A stretch of 64,000 bases of DNA from Acidimicrobiia bacterium (lineage in GTDB: Bacteria > Actinomycetota > Acidimicrobiia > Acidimicrobiales > Aldehydirespiratoraceae). The notes beneath the pieces were generated by a model. It did not search any database. It was not told where the DNA came from and saw only the letters and a list, made by a program, of their open reading frames with translations. Location: the NCBI GenBank assembly GCA_022819505.1, contig JAJEHD010000015.1, positions 1,538 through 65,537 on the forward strand. Direction: 5' to 3'. The position numbers were made by a program, and so were the translations under genes. This document shows positions 44,365 to 53,860 of this stretch, piece by piece. Each line of letters starts with the position of its first letter. The stretch's first letter is position 1.

Positions 44365-45296
44365 TGAGCCTCGACCTCTCCTACAGCGCCGAACAGTCCG
44401 AACTCGCCCGATCGGTCGACGGGCTGTGCCGTCGTGGTGGCACGGGGGCCGGCTTCACCGACTCCGACCCGCTGCCCGAGCAGTACTGGCGGGGCCTGGC
44501 GGAGCTCGGGGTGCTCGGGCTGGGCACCGCCGCCGGAGGGGGCGGAGCGCTGGAGATCGCCGCGTCCATGGAGCAGCTCGGCGCCCACGGCGCGCCGGGA
44601 CCGCTGGTTGGCACCTTCATAGCCGGCGCTCTGCTCGATCCGTCCGAGATGGAGCCGATCTCAGACGGGCGCCAGCTCGCCAGCGTCGGCCAGCCGCCGC
44701 TGATGCCGTGGGCCACAAGGGCCGGTCTGTTTGTGGAGATCGTCGCCTCAGAGGCCTGGCTAGGCCGGCCCGTCAGTTCCCCGGAACCGGTCGATACCAC
44801 CGCGGGCGAGCCCTGGGGGCGCGCCGAGTTGGAGAGGCTGCGGCCGCTGGGCGACGCCACCACGGCAATCGCGCTGGGCCAGACCGCGGCCGCGGCCTAC
44901 CTGGCCGGGGCGGCGCAGAATCTTGTGGAGATCGCCAGCGAGTACGCCAAGGACAGGGTGCAGTTCAACCGGCCGATTGCCAGCTTCCAGGCCATCTCCC
45001 ATCCTCTGGCTTCATGCTCGGTGTCGGTGGCGGCGTCACGGATCATGGCCCGGGGCGCGGCCTCGGCCATCGACGACGGCGACCCGGACGCGCCGGACGC
45101 CGCGGCGCGAGCCCGGCTCTCCGCGGTCGCATCCGCCACCGCGGCGGCCTACCAGGCTCACCAGACCTTCGGTGCCATCGGTTTCACCATCGAGGGTCCG
45201 GTAGCCCATGTGAGCCTGCGGATCCGCCAGCTGTCGCTGCAGCCGATCCCGGTGGCGTCGGCTCGCGCCCGCGTCCTGGAGAGTCTCGGAATCTGA
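44364..45296 (+). CDS. second short acyl-CoA-dehydrogenase-like protein lacking the FAD motif
   Basis: ATGA overlap with the upstream gene. The product is 310 aa. It has KDRVQFNRPIASFQAISH and HQTFGAIGFT. Confidence 0.7.
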   Translation: MSLDLSYSAEQSELARSVDGLCRRGGTGAGFTDSDPLPEQYWRGLAELGVLGLGTAAGGGGALEIAASMEQLGAHGAPGPLVGTFIAGALLDPSEMEPISDGRQLASVGQPPLMPWATRAGLFVEIVASEAWLGRPVSSPEPVDTTAGEPWGRAELERLRPLGDATTAIALGQTAAAAYLAGAAQNLVEIASEYAKDRVQFNRPIASFQAISHPLASCSVSVAASRIMARGAASAIDDGDPDAPDAAARARLSAVASATAAAYQAHQTFGAIGFTIEGPVAHVSLRIRQLSLQPIPVASARARVLESLGI

Positions 45297-45327
45297 CCAA
45301 CCATCCGGCAACGAGAGGAGAACGGCA

Positions 45328-46149
45328 ATGTCCGTCGACCTGACCCAACCGCTCGAGGGCCTCATCTACGAGCGGCGCGACCATGTGGCCCATATAACGA
45401 TCAACCGGCCCGAGCGCGGCAACGCGCTGCACGGCTCGATGATCGAACCGGTCAAGGCGATCTGGGCCGAGGTGCGCGAGGACCCGTGGATCCGGTGCGC
45501 CATCGTGACCGCCGCCGGGAGCCGCCACTTCTGCACCGGAGCCGACATGGGCGCAGTGGCGGCCCGGGGCAAGGTCAAGGCGGGCAAGGGCCCGCTTACC
45601 GACGAGGTGTTCTGGTCGCCGCGCCAGAACCGGGTGTGGAAGCCGGTCATCTGCGCGGTCAACGGAACGGTGGCCTCCGCCGGGCTCCACTTCGTCGTCG
45701 ACGCCGACATCGTGGTGTCGTCCAACAAGGCCACGTTCCTGGACACCCACGTCAACGTGGGCATGGTCGGCGCGGTGGAGAACATCGGCCTGGCCAAGCG
45801 CCTGCCTCTCGGCTCCGCCCTGCGGATGACGCTGTGCGGCAAGTCCTACCGCATGTCGGCCGAGCGGGCCTACCAGCTCGGGATGGTGGACGAACTGGCC
45901 GAGCCCGAGGAGCTGATGACCGTGGCGGAGGAGATCGCCCAGCAGATCTGCGCCAACTCGCCGGCGGCGGTGTCGCTGTCCCAGCAGGCCATCTGGAGCT
46001 CTATCGAGATGGGCTACCGCGACAGCCTCGAGTACGGCTGGGCGCTGCTGCGGATGCACTGGGACCACCCCGACATCAAGGAGGGGCCCAAGGCGTTCGT
46101 CGAGAAGCGAGCCCCGGTGTGGTACACGGGCGAGGAGGACGGGGAGTAG
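45328..46149 (+). CDS. enoyl-CoA hydratase/isomerase (crotonase) family
   Basis: Contains VAHITINRPERGNAL, FCTGADM and AVNGTVASAG. A GAGAGGAG SD is present. Confidence 0.9.
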   Translation: MSVDLTQPLEGLIYERRDHVAHITINRPERGNALHGSMIEPVKAIWAEVREDPWIRCAIVTAAGSRHFCTGADMGAVAARGKVKAGKGPLTDEVFWSPRQNRVWKPVICAVNGTVASAGLHFVVDADIVVSSNKATFLDTHVNVGMVGAVENIGLAKRLPLGSALRMTLCGKSYRMSAERAYQLGMVDELAEPEELMTVAEEIAQQICANSPAAVSLSQQAIWSSIEMGYRDSLEYGWALLRMHWDHPDIKEGPKAFVEKRAPVWYTGEEDGE

Positions 46150-46177
46150 CCGCGACTGGCCGCCGCTAGCTGAGGTC

Positions 46178-47302
46178 ATGAACTTCGATCTCGGCCCTGA
46201 GCTGGGGGCGTTCCGGCTGGAGGTGCGGGCCTTCCTCGACGACTTCGGGGACATCGGCGCCTTCTTCCACCACGAGGGCGCCTACGACGACGCCACCCGG
46301 CGCCTGTACCTAGCTCTGGGCGAGCGCAACTGGCTGGCCCTGGCCTGGCCCGAGGAAGTCGGTGGCGAGGGCAAGCACCCGCTGTTCGAGTTCGTGCTGT
46401 GGGACGAGATGGCCCGCAGCCGGGCCGCCCGCCCGCCGCTGGGCTCCGGGATTGTGGCCAAGACCATCATCCGGGCCGGCACGGAGGAGCAGAAGGAGCG
46501 CTTCCTGCCCGGCCTGCGAAGCGGTGAGGTCTTCTTCTCGCTGGGCTACTCCGAGCCGGAGGCCGGATCTGACCTGGCCGGCCTGCGCACCCGGGCCGTG
46601 CGCCGCGGCGACGTCTATCTGGTGACCGGCGAGAAGCGCTGGACCTCGGGCGGTCATCGGGCCGACTACCTGTGGATGCTGTGCCGGACCGGCACTCAGG
46701 AGAGCCGCGGTCGGGGCCTGACCATCCTGATCGTCGACCGGCGTTCGCCCGGGATCACGGTCTCGCCGCTCACCGCCCTCAGCGGCGAGCGCTTCAACGA
46801 GATCTTCTTCGACGAGGTCGAGGTACCGGTCGACAACCGGATCGGCGACGAGAACGGCGGATGGCAACTGATCGGTGAGTCGCTGGCCACCGAGCGCCAC
46901 GTGCAGTTCCAGCCGTCCCGCGTCCGGCGTGACTTCGACGACCTCGTCGAGTGGCTCTCGGCGCGGGGGCTGACCGGCGACCCGGTGGTCCGGTACCGGC
47001 TCAGCGACCTGGCCGTGCGGGTAGCCGAGGTGGAAGCCCTGGCCCTGGCCATGTGCGAGGCGGTGCAGGACGGCCGGGACGCCGCGGTGGAGGCGGCCGC
47101 CAACAAGCTGGCCGGCAGCGAGGTAGCCCAGGAGGTGTCCCGCCTGGCCGGCGACCTCGGCGTCCCGGACTCGGTGGTGGTGGGATCGCAGGTCGAGTAC
47201 CTCTGGCGCCAGTCCATAAGCGAGACCATCGGCGGCGGCACCTCCGAGATCATGCGGGGGCTGATCGCCGGCCGCGGCCTCGGCCTGCCGCTGAAGGGAT
47301 AG
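46178..47302 (+). CDS. acyl-CoA dehydrogenase family protein
   Basis: Contains LGYSEPEAGSDLAGLRT and KRWTS. The C-terminus reads IGGGTSEIMR. Confidence 0.85.
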   Translation: MNFDLGPELGAFRLEVRAFLDDFGDIGAFFHHEGAYDDATRRLYLALGERNWLALAWPEEVGGEGKHPLFEFVLWDEMARSRAARPPLGSGIVAKTIIRAGTEEQKERFLPGLRSGEVFFSLGYSEPEAGSDLAGLRTRAVRRGDVYLVTGEKRWTSGGHRADYLWMLCRTGTQESRGRGLTILIVDRRSPGITVSPLTALSGERFNEIFFDEVEVPVDNRIGDENGGWQLIGESLATERHVQFQPSRVRRDFDDLVEWLSARGLTGDPVVRYRLSDLAVRVAEVEALALAMCEAVQDGRDAAVEAAANKLAGSEVAQEVSRLAGDLGVPDSVVVGSQVEYLWRQSISETIGGGTSEIMRGLIAGRGLGLPLKG

Positions 47303-47332
47303 AACTTCGGGCACGACCGTGGAGGCCTACCG

Positions 47333-48145
47333 TTGAACCACCCATCACCTGACCCTGGAATCGACCCGTCGGCAGCCGCGACACCGGCCGGCTCCGTGGC
47401 CGGACGGACGGTGATCGTCACCGGCGCCGCCCGGGGCCTGGGCCGCGACTACGCCGGCATGTTTGCGGCCGACGGCGCTTCGGTGCTGCTGGCCGACCTG
47501 GACGCGCAGTCTGTCGGGGATGCGGCGGCGGCCATTTTCGAGACCGTGCCCGGCGCCCGGGTGGGATCGGTGGTGGCCGACGTCACCGATCCGGCTCAGA
47601 CGGAGGCCATGGCCGCAGCCGCGCTCGACGCCTTCGGCCGGATCGACGTGCTAGTGAACAACGCCGGGATCTGGGGTGATCTGGAACGCTCCCCGCTGCT
47701 GGAGACCGCGCCGGACTACTGGGATCTGGTGATGGCCGTCAACCTGCGGGGACCGCTGCTCTGCACGCAGGCGGTGGTCGGTGCCATGCGGGAGGTCCGG
47801 TGGGGACGGATCATCAACATCTCCTCGATGGGCGCCTACATGCCCGCCGGGGTCTACGGCGTCAGCAAGCTGGGCCTCAACCAGTTGACCTTCGCGCTGG
47901 CCACCGAACTAGGCCCGAGCGGCATCACCGTCAACGCGGTGGCGCCCGGTCCGATCGACAACGAGGCCACCCGCTTGCAGGTCCCGCCCAAGGGGATCCA
48001 GAAGATGATCGACGGCACCGCCGTCGGGCGGATGGGTACCGCCGCCGACCTCTTCGGCATGATCCGGTTCCTGGCCACCGAAGAAGCCGGCTGGATCACG
48101 GGCCAGACATTCGGCGTCAACGGCGGATTCAGCAGCCGCCTCTAG
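47333..48145 (+). CDS. SDR family oxidoreductase (3-hydroxyacyl-CoA / 3-oxoacyl reductase-like)
   Basis: TTG start lies 8 nt after GGAGG. Contains TGAARGLG, NNAGI, YGVSK and ITGQTFGVNGG. Confidence 0.85.
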   Translation: MNHPSPDPGIDPSAAATPAGSVAGRTVIVTGAARGLGRDYAGMFAADGASVLLADLDAQSVGDAAAAIFETVPGARVGSVVADVTDPAQTEAMAAAALDAFGRIDVLVNNAGIWGDLERSPLLETAPDYWDLVMAVNLRGPLLCTQAVVGAMREVRWGRIINISSMGAYMPAGVYGVSKLGLNQLTFALATELGPSGITVNAVAPGPIDNEATRLQVPPKGIQKMIDGTAVGRMGTAADLFGMIRFLATEEAGWITGQTFGVNGGFSSRL

Positions 48146-48149
48146 CACC

Positions 48150-49361
48150 ATGCCCCCCGACGACGACTTCCGCCGGAGAGTGCGGTCGTTCCTGGCCCAT
48201 CACGGACCCGCCGAGGGATGGCTCCGAGACGAGCACGGTCGGCCCCCACCCGACGACGCCCCCAACGAGGTGCGGGTCGCTCGGGCCCGCCGGTGCCTGA
48301 GCCTGCTGTTCGAAGCGGGTCTCGGCGCGATCTCGTGGCCCCAGCGCTACGGCGGCCAGGGGTTGAGCAACCGTCATCAGGTGATCTTCAACGAGGAGGC
48401 CGCCGGCTACGCGCTGCCGCTGGACATCTTCATCATCGGCGTCGGGATGTGCGCCCCCACCGTTCTGGCCCACGGCACCGAACAGCAGCGGACCCGCCAC
48501 CTGCCGCCCCTGCTGCGCGGCGAGGAGATCTGGTGCCAGCTCTTCTCCGAGCCCCAGGCCGGCTCCGACCTGGCCGGCCTGGGCTGCCGTGCCGAGCCCG
48601 ACGGCGACGGCTGGTCGGTGTCGGGACAGAAGGTCTGGACCTCGGGGGCCCACAACGCCGCCTACGGCATGCTGCTGGCCCGATCCGATCCCGGCAGCTC
48701 ACGCCATGCGGGGATGACCATGTTCATCGTGGACATGTCCCTGCCCGGCGTCGAGATCCGTCCCCTGCGACAGATGAGCGGCGTGTCGAGGTTCAACGAG
48801 GTGTTCTTCGACAGCTGCCGTCTAGACCCGGACGCAGCCCTCGGAGAGGTGGGCCAGGGATGGCGAACCGCCATAACGACGCTGATGAACGAGCGGGTCT
48901 CGATCGGCACCAGCAATCCGGCCGGCTACGGGCACCCCGCGTCGGTGCTGGCTGCGGAGGCCCGCCGCCGGGGCCGCATCGACGATCCGGCCATGACCGA
49001 CAGGATCTCGCAACTGATCATCCGCGAGCGCATCACCGCCCTACTGGGCCAGCGGGTGACCGAGGCGCTGCTCGCCGGGGTGCAGCCCGGTCCGGAGGGT
49101 TCGCTGGCGAAGCTCAGCGGCACGCAGGTGTCCAAGGAGTCGGCCTCTTTGGCCTTGGAGATTCTCGGGTCCGAGGCCGTGGCCTGGGACGCCGCCGACA
49201 GCCTGGCGGCCTCGTGGGCCACCGTGCAGTGCTCGACACCGGGGCTGTCGATCGCAGGCGGAACCGACGAGATCATGCGCAACCTGTTGGCCGAGCGAGT
49301 CCTCGGCCTCCCCCGGGAGCCCAAGACAACGGCCCGCCACGAGTCTGGAGTGAGCCAATGA
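48150..49361 (+). CDS. acyl-CoA dehydrogenase family protein
   Basis: Contains QLFSEPQAGSDLAGL and KVWTSGA. The C-terminus reads IAGGTDEIMRN. Confidence 0.85.
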   Translation: MPPDDDFRRRVRSFLAHHGPAEGWLRDEHGRPPPDDAPNEVRVARARRCLSLLFEAGLGAISWPQRYGGQGLSNRHQVIFNEEAAGYALPLDIFIIGVGMCAPTVLAHGTEQQRTRHLPPLLRGEEIWCQLFSEPQAGSDLAGLGCRAEPDGDGWSVSGQKVWTSGAHNAAYGMLLARSDPGSSRHAGMTMFIVDMSLPGVEIRPLRQMSGVSRFNEVFFDSCRLDPDAALGEVGQGWRTAITTLMNERVSIGTSNPAGYGHPASVLAAEARRRGRIDDPAMTDRISQLIIRERITALLGQRVTEALLAGVQPGPEGSLAKLSGTQVSKESASLALEILGSEAVAWDAADSLAASWATVQCSTPGLSIAGGTDEIMRNLLAERVLGLPREPKTTARHESGVSQ

Positions 49362-50998
49362 CGACCATGACCGGCGGAGAGGCCGCGGTCGCGGCCCTCC
49401 GGGCCCTCGGCGTCGACACCGTCTTCGGGATCGTGAGCGTGCACAACATCCCGATCCTCGACGCCGTCTCGCAGACACCGGGAATAGAGCTGGTCGGCTG
49501 CCGCCACGAGCAGGGCGCCGTCCACGCGGCCGACGGCTTCGCCCGGGCCACGGGCCGTCTCGGAGTGTGCGTCACCAGCACCGGTCCCGGCGCGGCCAAC
49601 GCCATGGGCGGGCTGTATGAGGCGAGCTTCGCCTCGTCACCGGTCCTGATGCTCACCGGTCAGGTGGAGACCTACCAGTACGGCCGGGACCGCAGCGCGC
49701 TGCACCAAGCCGACCAGCAGCTGGACATGCTGCGCACCGTCACCAAGCGCTCCGACCATGTGGCCGACCACGGTGACATCGCTGGAGCCGTGCTGGTCGC
49801 GGCCAGCGAGGCTCTCTCGGGACGACCGGGACCCACCGCGGTGCAGATCCCGATCGACCTGCAGTACGGCCGCGGCGAGGTAGGTGAGCTGGCGGCCGTA
49901 CAGCCCCGACTGGAGACGCCGGAGGCCTCCCTCGTGGACGACGCGGCCGCCCTGCTGGACAACGCAGCCCGGCCGCTGATCATCGCCGGGGGCGGCGTGG
50001 TGCGGGCGGGTGCCGGCCGGCAGCTGACGTCCCTGGCGGAGCGTCTCGCCGCGCCGGTGCTCACCACCGTGGAAGGCCGCGGCTCGATCTCCGAGGACCA
50101 CCGGCTTTGCCTGGGCCCCAACACCGACCTGACGGCCATGGATCCGGTGATCGCCGGCGCCGACGTCGTGCTGGCGGTGGGGACCCGCTTCCAGCAGAAC
50201 AACAACATCCACAAGTGGCTGACCATCCCCGGCCGGCTGGTGCACCTCGACGCCGACGCCGCCATGATCGGCCGGATCCATCCCGCCGAGGTCGGGCTGG
50301 TCGGCGACGCTTGCCTCGGCCTGGAGGCGCTACTGGCGGCCGCGGCCGCGACGGCCCGCGACGGCACATGGGCCGAGGACTGCGGCCGGGTCCGGGACGA
50401 GGCCGTGGTCGCCGGTCGGGAGTCCCTCGGCCCCGACCTGCTGGCGATCATGGACGCCATGGACGAGGTCCTTCCTGAAGGGGCGATTGTGGCCAAGGAC
50501 GCCACCGTGTCGGCCTACCAGTGGGGCAACCGTCTACTCCCCGTGCGCCAGGCCCGTACCGCCATGCGTCCGGTGTCGATGGCCATCGGGCCCGGAGTCC
50601 CTCTCGCGGTCGGCGCCGCGGTCGGCTCAGGACAGCCCACGGTGGTAATCCAGGGCGACGGCGGGCTCATGCTGAGCCTCGGAGAGCTTGCCACTGCGGT
50701 GCAGCAGGACCTGCCGCTGGTCGTGTGCGTGTTCAACGACCGGGGCTACGGGATCCTGCGGTTCATCCAGGACCTGGTGGTCGAGGGCCGCCATACCGGC
50801 GTCGACCTGGCCACACCCCGGTTCGCGCCACTGGCCGAGGCGATGGGGATGCGCTCGGCCGAGGTCTCCGACCCCGACGGGTTCGTCCGGGTCTTCTCCG
50901 AGGCGATCGCAGCCGGCGGCCCGTGGCTGCTCGACATCGACCTCACGGCCATGGCCCCCATGACCATCCTCCCCCAGCGCCGCCCCGAGCGGGCCTGA
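49358..50998 (+). CDS. thiamine-diphosphate-dependent enzyme (acetolactate synthase / 2-hydroxyacyl-CoA lyase-like fold) embedded in an acyl-CoA operon
   Basis: ATGA overlap with the upstream ACAD gene. Contains GGEAAVAALRALGVDTVFG, GPGAANA and a GDGGLML...VFNDRGYG ThDP motif. Confidence 0.85.
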   Translation: MTTMTGGEAAVAALRALGVDTVFGIVSVHNIPILDAVSQTPGIELVGCRHEQGAVHAADGFARATGRLGVCVTSTGPGAANAMGGLYEASFASSPVLMLTGQVETYQYGRDRSALHQADQQLDMLRTVTKRSDHVADHGDIAGAVLVAASEALSGRPGPTAVQIPIDLQYGRGEVGELAAVQPRLETPEASLVDDAAALLDNAARPLIIAGGGVVRAGAGRQLTSLAERLAAPVLTTVEGRGSISEDHRLCLGPNTDLTAMDPVIAGADVVLAVGTRFQQNNNIHKWLTIPGRLVHLDADAAMIGRIHPAEVGLVGDACLGLEALLAAAAATARDGTWAEDCGRVRDEAVVAGRESLGPDLLAIMDAMDEVLPEGAIVAKDATVSAYQWGNRLLPVRQARTAMRPVSMAIGPGVPLAVGAAVGSGQPTVVIQGDGGLMLSLGELATAVQQDLPLVVCVFNDRGYGILRFIQDLVVEGRHTGVDLATPRFAPLAEAMGMRSAEVSDPDGFVRVFSEAIAAGGPWLLDIDLTAMAPMTILPQRRPERA

Positions 50999-51021
50999 TC
51001 GCGAGCGCTGTCTGGGGCGGG

Positions 51022-51612
51022 CTACCGCGTCAGGCGCGAGTACACGGCGAGCGCATCGGTGGCCGCCTCGGAGTCGGCTTCGATGCCGAGACTCTGCAGC
51101 GTCCGGGAGACGCACACATAGAACGAGGTGGTGAGGATCAGCTCGATGCACTCGCCGGCCGAGAAGAAGTCCCGCAGCCTGCCGACTGAGCCGGGCGAGG
51201 CACCACCGTCGAGGACGATCTCACCGGCACAGGCCAGTGCGGCCCGCTCGGCCGCGGAGAACTCAGCGGAACCCTCCCAGTCATCGAGGGCCTCGAGTTG
51301 GGCCTCGGTCACGCCGGCCCGGACCGCGGCCGGCCAGTGGGCCTGCCACTCGAACGACGAGCGGGTCAGCAACGCCGTCCGCATGATCAGAAGCTCTCGC
51401 AATCCCCGATCGGTCTCGGGCTCCGAACGCAGAGGCCAAGCCATCTGCACCCAGGCGTCGAGCATGGCGGGAGCGTTTCCGAGCATCCGGTACAGCAGCG
51501 GCACCTCGCGGCCCCGGTCGCGGAACCCGTCGAACACCCGGTTGAGCACCGGATCGTCGATGTCGGCATCGACAGGCTCGATGGGCGATGCATCATGACT
51601 GGGCCGGGTCAC
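51022..51612 (-). CDS. carboxymuconolactone decarboxylase (AhpD-like) family protein
   Basis: Contains LRELLIMRTALLTRSSFEWQAHWPAAVRAGVTEAQLEAL, typical of the CMD family. Confidence 0.7.
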   Translation of the reverse strand: MTRPSHDASPIEPVDADIDDPVLNRVFDGFRDRGREVPLLYRMLGNAPAMLDAWVQMAWPLRSEPETDRGLRELLIMRTALLTRSSFEWQAHWPAAVRAGVTEAQLEALDDWEGSAEFSAAERAALACAGEIVLDGGASPGSVGRLRDFFSAGECIELILTTSFYVCVSRTLQSLGIEADSEAATDALAVYSRLTR

Positions 51613-51619
51613 GGGCCAC

Positions 51620-51637
51620 TATTTAGCACACTGATTA
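51620..51637. promoter_or_regulatory. AT-rich box, site 8 of 10 (TATTTAGCACACTGATTA), in a divergent promoter region
   Basis: It sits in the 35-nt gap between divergent starts 51612 and 51648. It is almost the exact reverse complement of site 1. Confidence 0.6.
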
Positions 51638-51647
51638 GGATGGCCGT

Positions 51648-52358
51648 ATGAGCCTGGAGGGCAGGTCCGTCCTGATTCTCGGGGGGACGTCGGGGATGGG
51701 GTTGGAGACGGCTCTGGCGGCCCGCCGGGTCGGAGCCGACGTGGCCATCGTGGGACGTGACCCGGCCAAGGCCGACAGCGCCCGCCGGGCAGTCGGCGAG
51801 GGCACGGTCTGCGGGGTGCTCGACGCCCGCGACACCGGTGCCCTGTCCACCTTCGCCGACGGGCTCGACGCCATCGACCATGTGGTCTCATTCACCGGTG
51901 ACCAGCCGGCCGCCCCACTCGCCGAGGCGGACCACGACATGTTCTCCTCGGCATTCGACGCCCGGGTCTGGGCCGCCCGCAACGCCTGCGCCATCGCGGC
52001 GCCCCGGATGCCGCCGGACGGCTCTTTCGTGTTCTGCTCGGGCCTGTCGGCGTTGAGGCCACGGCCGGGCCGTTCGGCCGGGGCGGTGGCCACCGCCGCG
52101 CTCGAGTCGTTCTGCCGGGCCATGGCCGTCGAGCTGGCGCCCCTGCGGGTCAACGCGATCTGCCCGGGTGCCTTCGGCACCGACGTCCTCCGGCGAGCCC
52201 TGGGCAGCGAGGCGGCCGTCGAGCGGCTGGCCTCAGCCATCCCGCTGGGCCGCATCGGCGATCCCGCCGAGATCGCTCACGCCGTCATGTTCCTGCTGAC
52301 CAACACCTACACCACCGGCACGACGCTCCGGGTCGATGGCGGCTTCGCCCTCACGTGA
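51648..52358 (+). CDS. SDR family oxidoreductase
   Basis: Contains LGGTSGMGLETA and TTGTTLRVDGG. The ATG lies 6 nt after a TAGGAT -10-like hexamer and no SD is present. Confidence 0.85.
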   Translation: MSLEGRSVLILGGTSGMGLETALAARRVGADVAIVGRDPAKADSARRAVGEGTVCGVLDARDTGALSTFADGLDAIDHVVSFTGDQPAAPLAEADHDMFSSAFDARVWAARNACAIAAPRMPPDGSFVFCSGLSALRPRPGRSAGAVATAALESFCRAMAVELAPLRVNAICPGAFGTDVLRRALGSEAAVERLASAIPLGRIGDPAEIAHAVMFLLTNTYTTGTTLRVDGGFALT

Positions 52359-53839
52359 CCATGCCGACCTCCGGACACGACCTCCTGAAGACGGTTCCCA
52401 GCGGGGATCTCCTCGTCGGTGATGAGCGGGTCCACGACACCACCGCCGGCTCCCGCGAGCAGCTCGATCCCTCCACCGGCCGCCGGCTGGCCACCGTCGC
52501 GCTGGCGGGGCCCTCCGAGATCGACACGGCAGTCCAATCCGCCCGGGACGCGCAACAGGAGTGGCTCGACCTGTCCCCGGCCCAGCGCCGGGACGTGATC
52601 CTGCGGTTCGCGCAACTCCTGGACGAAAACCACGAAGAGATGTCGATCCTGCGGTCACTCGAGTTGGGCGCGCCCATGAAGAAACGGCCCGGCGCCAACA
52701 TGGCCGTGGAGTACATGCGCTACTTCGCGGGCTGGGTCGACAAAATTGAGGGCTCCACCATCCCGGTACACCCGGGCCGAGCGCTGGACTACACGGTGCC
52801 TGAGCCCTACGGAACGGTCGCCGCCATCACGCCATGGAACGGAGGCGTCGTCTCGGCCGCCATGAAGGCCATCCCGGCTCTGGTGGCCGGCAACACCGTG
52901 GTGATTAAGCCCTCGGAGCTGGCCGTGCTGTCGCTCCTGCGCTTCGGGGAGCTGGGCCTGGCTGCGGGCCTACCCGCCGGTGCACTGAACGTGGTACCGG
53001 GACCAGCCGCGGCCGGCTCGGCCCTAGTGGCCCATCCCGGCATCGACAAGATCAGCTTCACCGGCGGGGGCGCCACCGCCCGCGAGGTACTGCGGGGCGC
53101 GGCGACCAACCTCACACCGGTCATCCTGGAGCTGGGGGGCAAGTCGGCCAGCATCGTCTTCGAGGACGCCGATCTCGACACCGCAGTAGCCACCACGGTC
53201 GGCCTGGCGCTAGCCGGCATGAGCGGTCAGGGTTGCGTGCTGCCGACCCGGCTGGTCGCACACGACACGGTCTACGAAGCGGTAGAGCAACGGGTCGTCG
53301 AAGCCGCCGCGTCGCTGAGGGTGGGCCGTCCCTTCGACGAGGGCGTGCAGACCGGACCGGTGATCACCGAGGCCGCCTGCGAGCGCATCATCGGCGAGGT
53401 GGAGGCGGCTGCGTCCCGGGGCGACGGACGGCTGCTCACCGGGGGCGCACGACTGGGAGGCGACCTGGCCGATGGGTTCTTCGTGGCGCCGACCGTGTTC
53501 GGGAACGTCGACAACTCCTCGCCCATCGCCCGCACCGAGATCTTCGGCCCCGTGCTGAGCCTGATCCGCTTCGGAGACGAGGCCGAGGCCCTGAGCATCG
53601 CCAACGACAGCCCCTACGGCCTTGGTGGCCTGGTGTTCACCCGCGACGTCGCCCGGGCCCACCGGGTGGCCGGACGGCTCCAGGCCGGGTCGGTCGGTGT
53701 CAACGCCTTCGCCCCGATGCCGCCCAGCGCTCCGTTCGGAGGCGTCAAGCAGAGCGGTTACGGGCGCGAGGGCGGGCTGGCCGGCGTGGAGGAGTTCCTG
53801 AGGCCCAAGAACGTCTACGTAGACCTGAGCGGACCGTGA
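52355..53839 (+). CDS. NAD(P)-dependent aldehyde dehydrogenase
   Basis: Contains ITPWNGG, the VILELGGKSA (catalytic Glu) region, GQGCVLPTR (catalytic Cys) and EIFGPV. Confidence 0.9.
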   Translation: MTMPTSGHDLLKTVPSGDLLVGDERVHDTTAGSREQLDPSTGRRLATVALAGPSEIDTAVQSARDAQQEWLDLSPAQRRDVILRFAQLLDENHEEMSILRSLELGAPMKKRPGANMAVEYMRYFAGWVDKIEGSTIPVHPGRALDYTVPEPYGTVAAITPWNGGVVSAAMKAIPALVAGNTVVIKPSELAVLSLLRFGELGLAAGLPAGALNVVPGPAAAGSALVAHPGIDKISFTGGGATAREVLRGAATNLTPVILELGGKSASIVFEDADLDTAVATTVGLALAGMSGQGCVLPTRLVAHDTVYEAVEQRVVEAAASLRVGRPFDEGVQTGPVITEAACERIIGEVEAAASRGDGRLLTGGARLGGDLADGFFVAPTVFGNVDNSSPIARTEIFGPVLSLIRFGDEAEALSIANDSPYGLGGLVFTRDVARAHRVAGRLQAGSVGVNAFAPMPPSAPFGGVKQSGYGREGGLAGVEEFLRPKNVYVDLSGP

Positions 53840-53860
53840 GCGCCACAGGAGCGGGCGGCG

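Noticed and set aside
48218-49357. A 380-codon N-terminal extension of the ThDP enzyme ORF (48218..50998). Similar long upstream extensions occur on 4985..6232, 16098..17408, 22837..25287, 32594..34306, 44097..45296 and 59673..61040.
   Set aside because: - The extensions overlap well-supported upstream genes in another frame.
- They are compositionally non-protein-like.
- Internal starts with an SD or a 4-bp stop/start overlap give products of normal family length.
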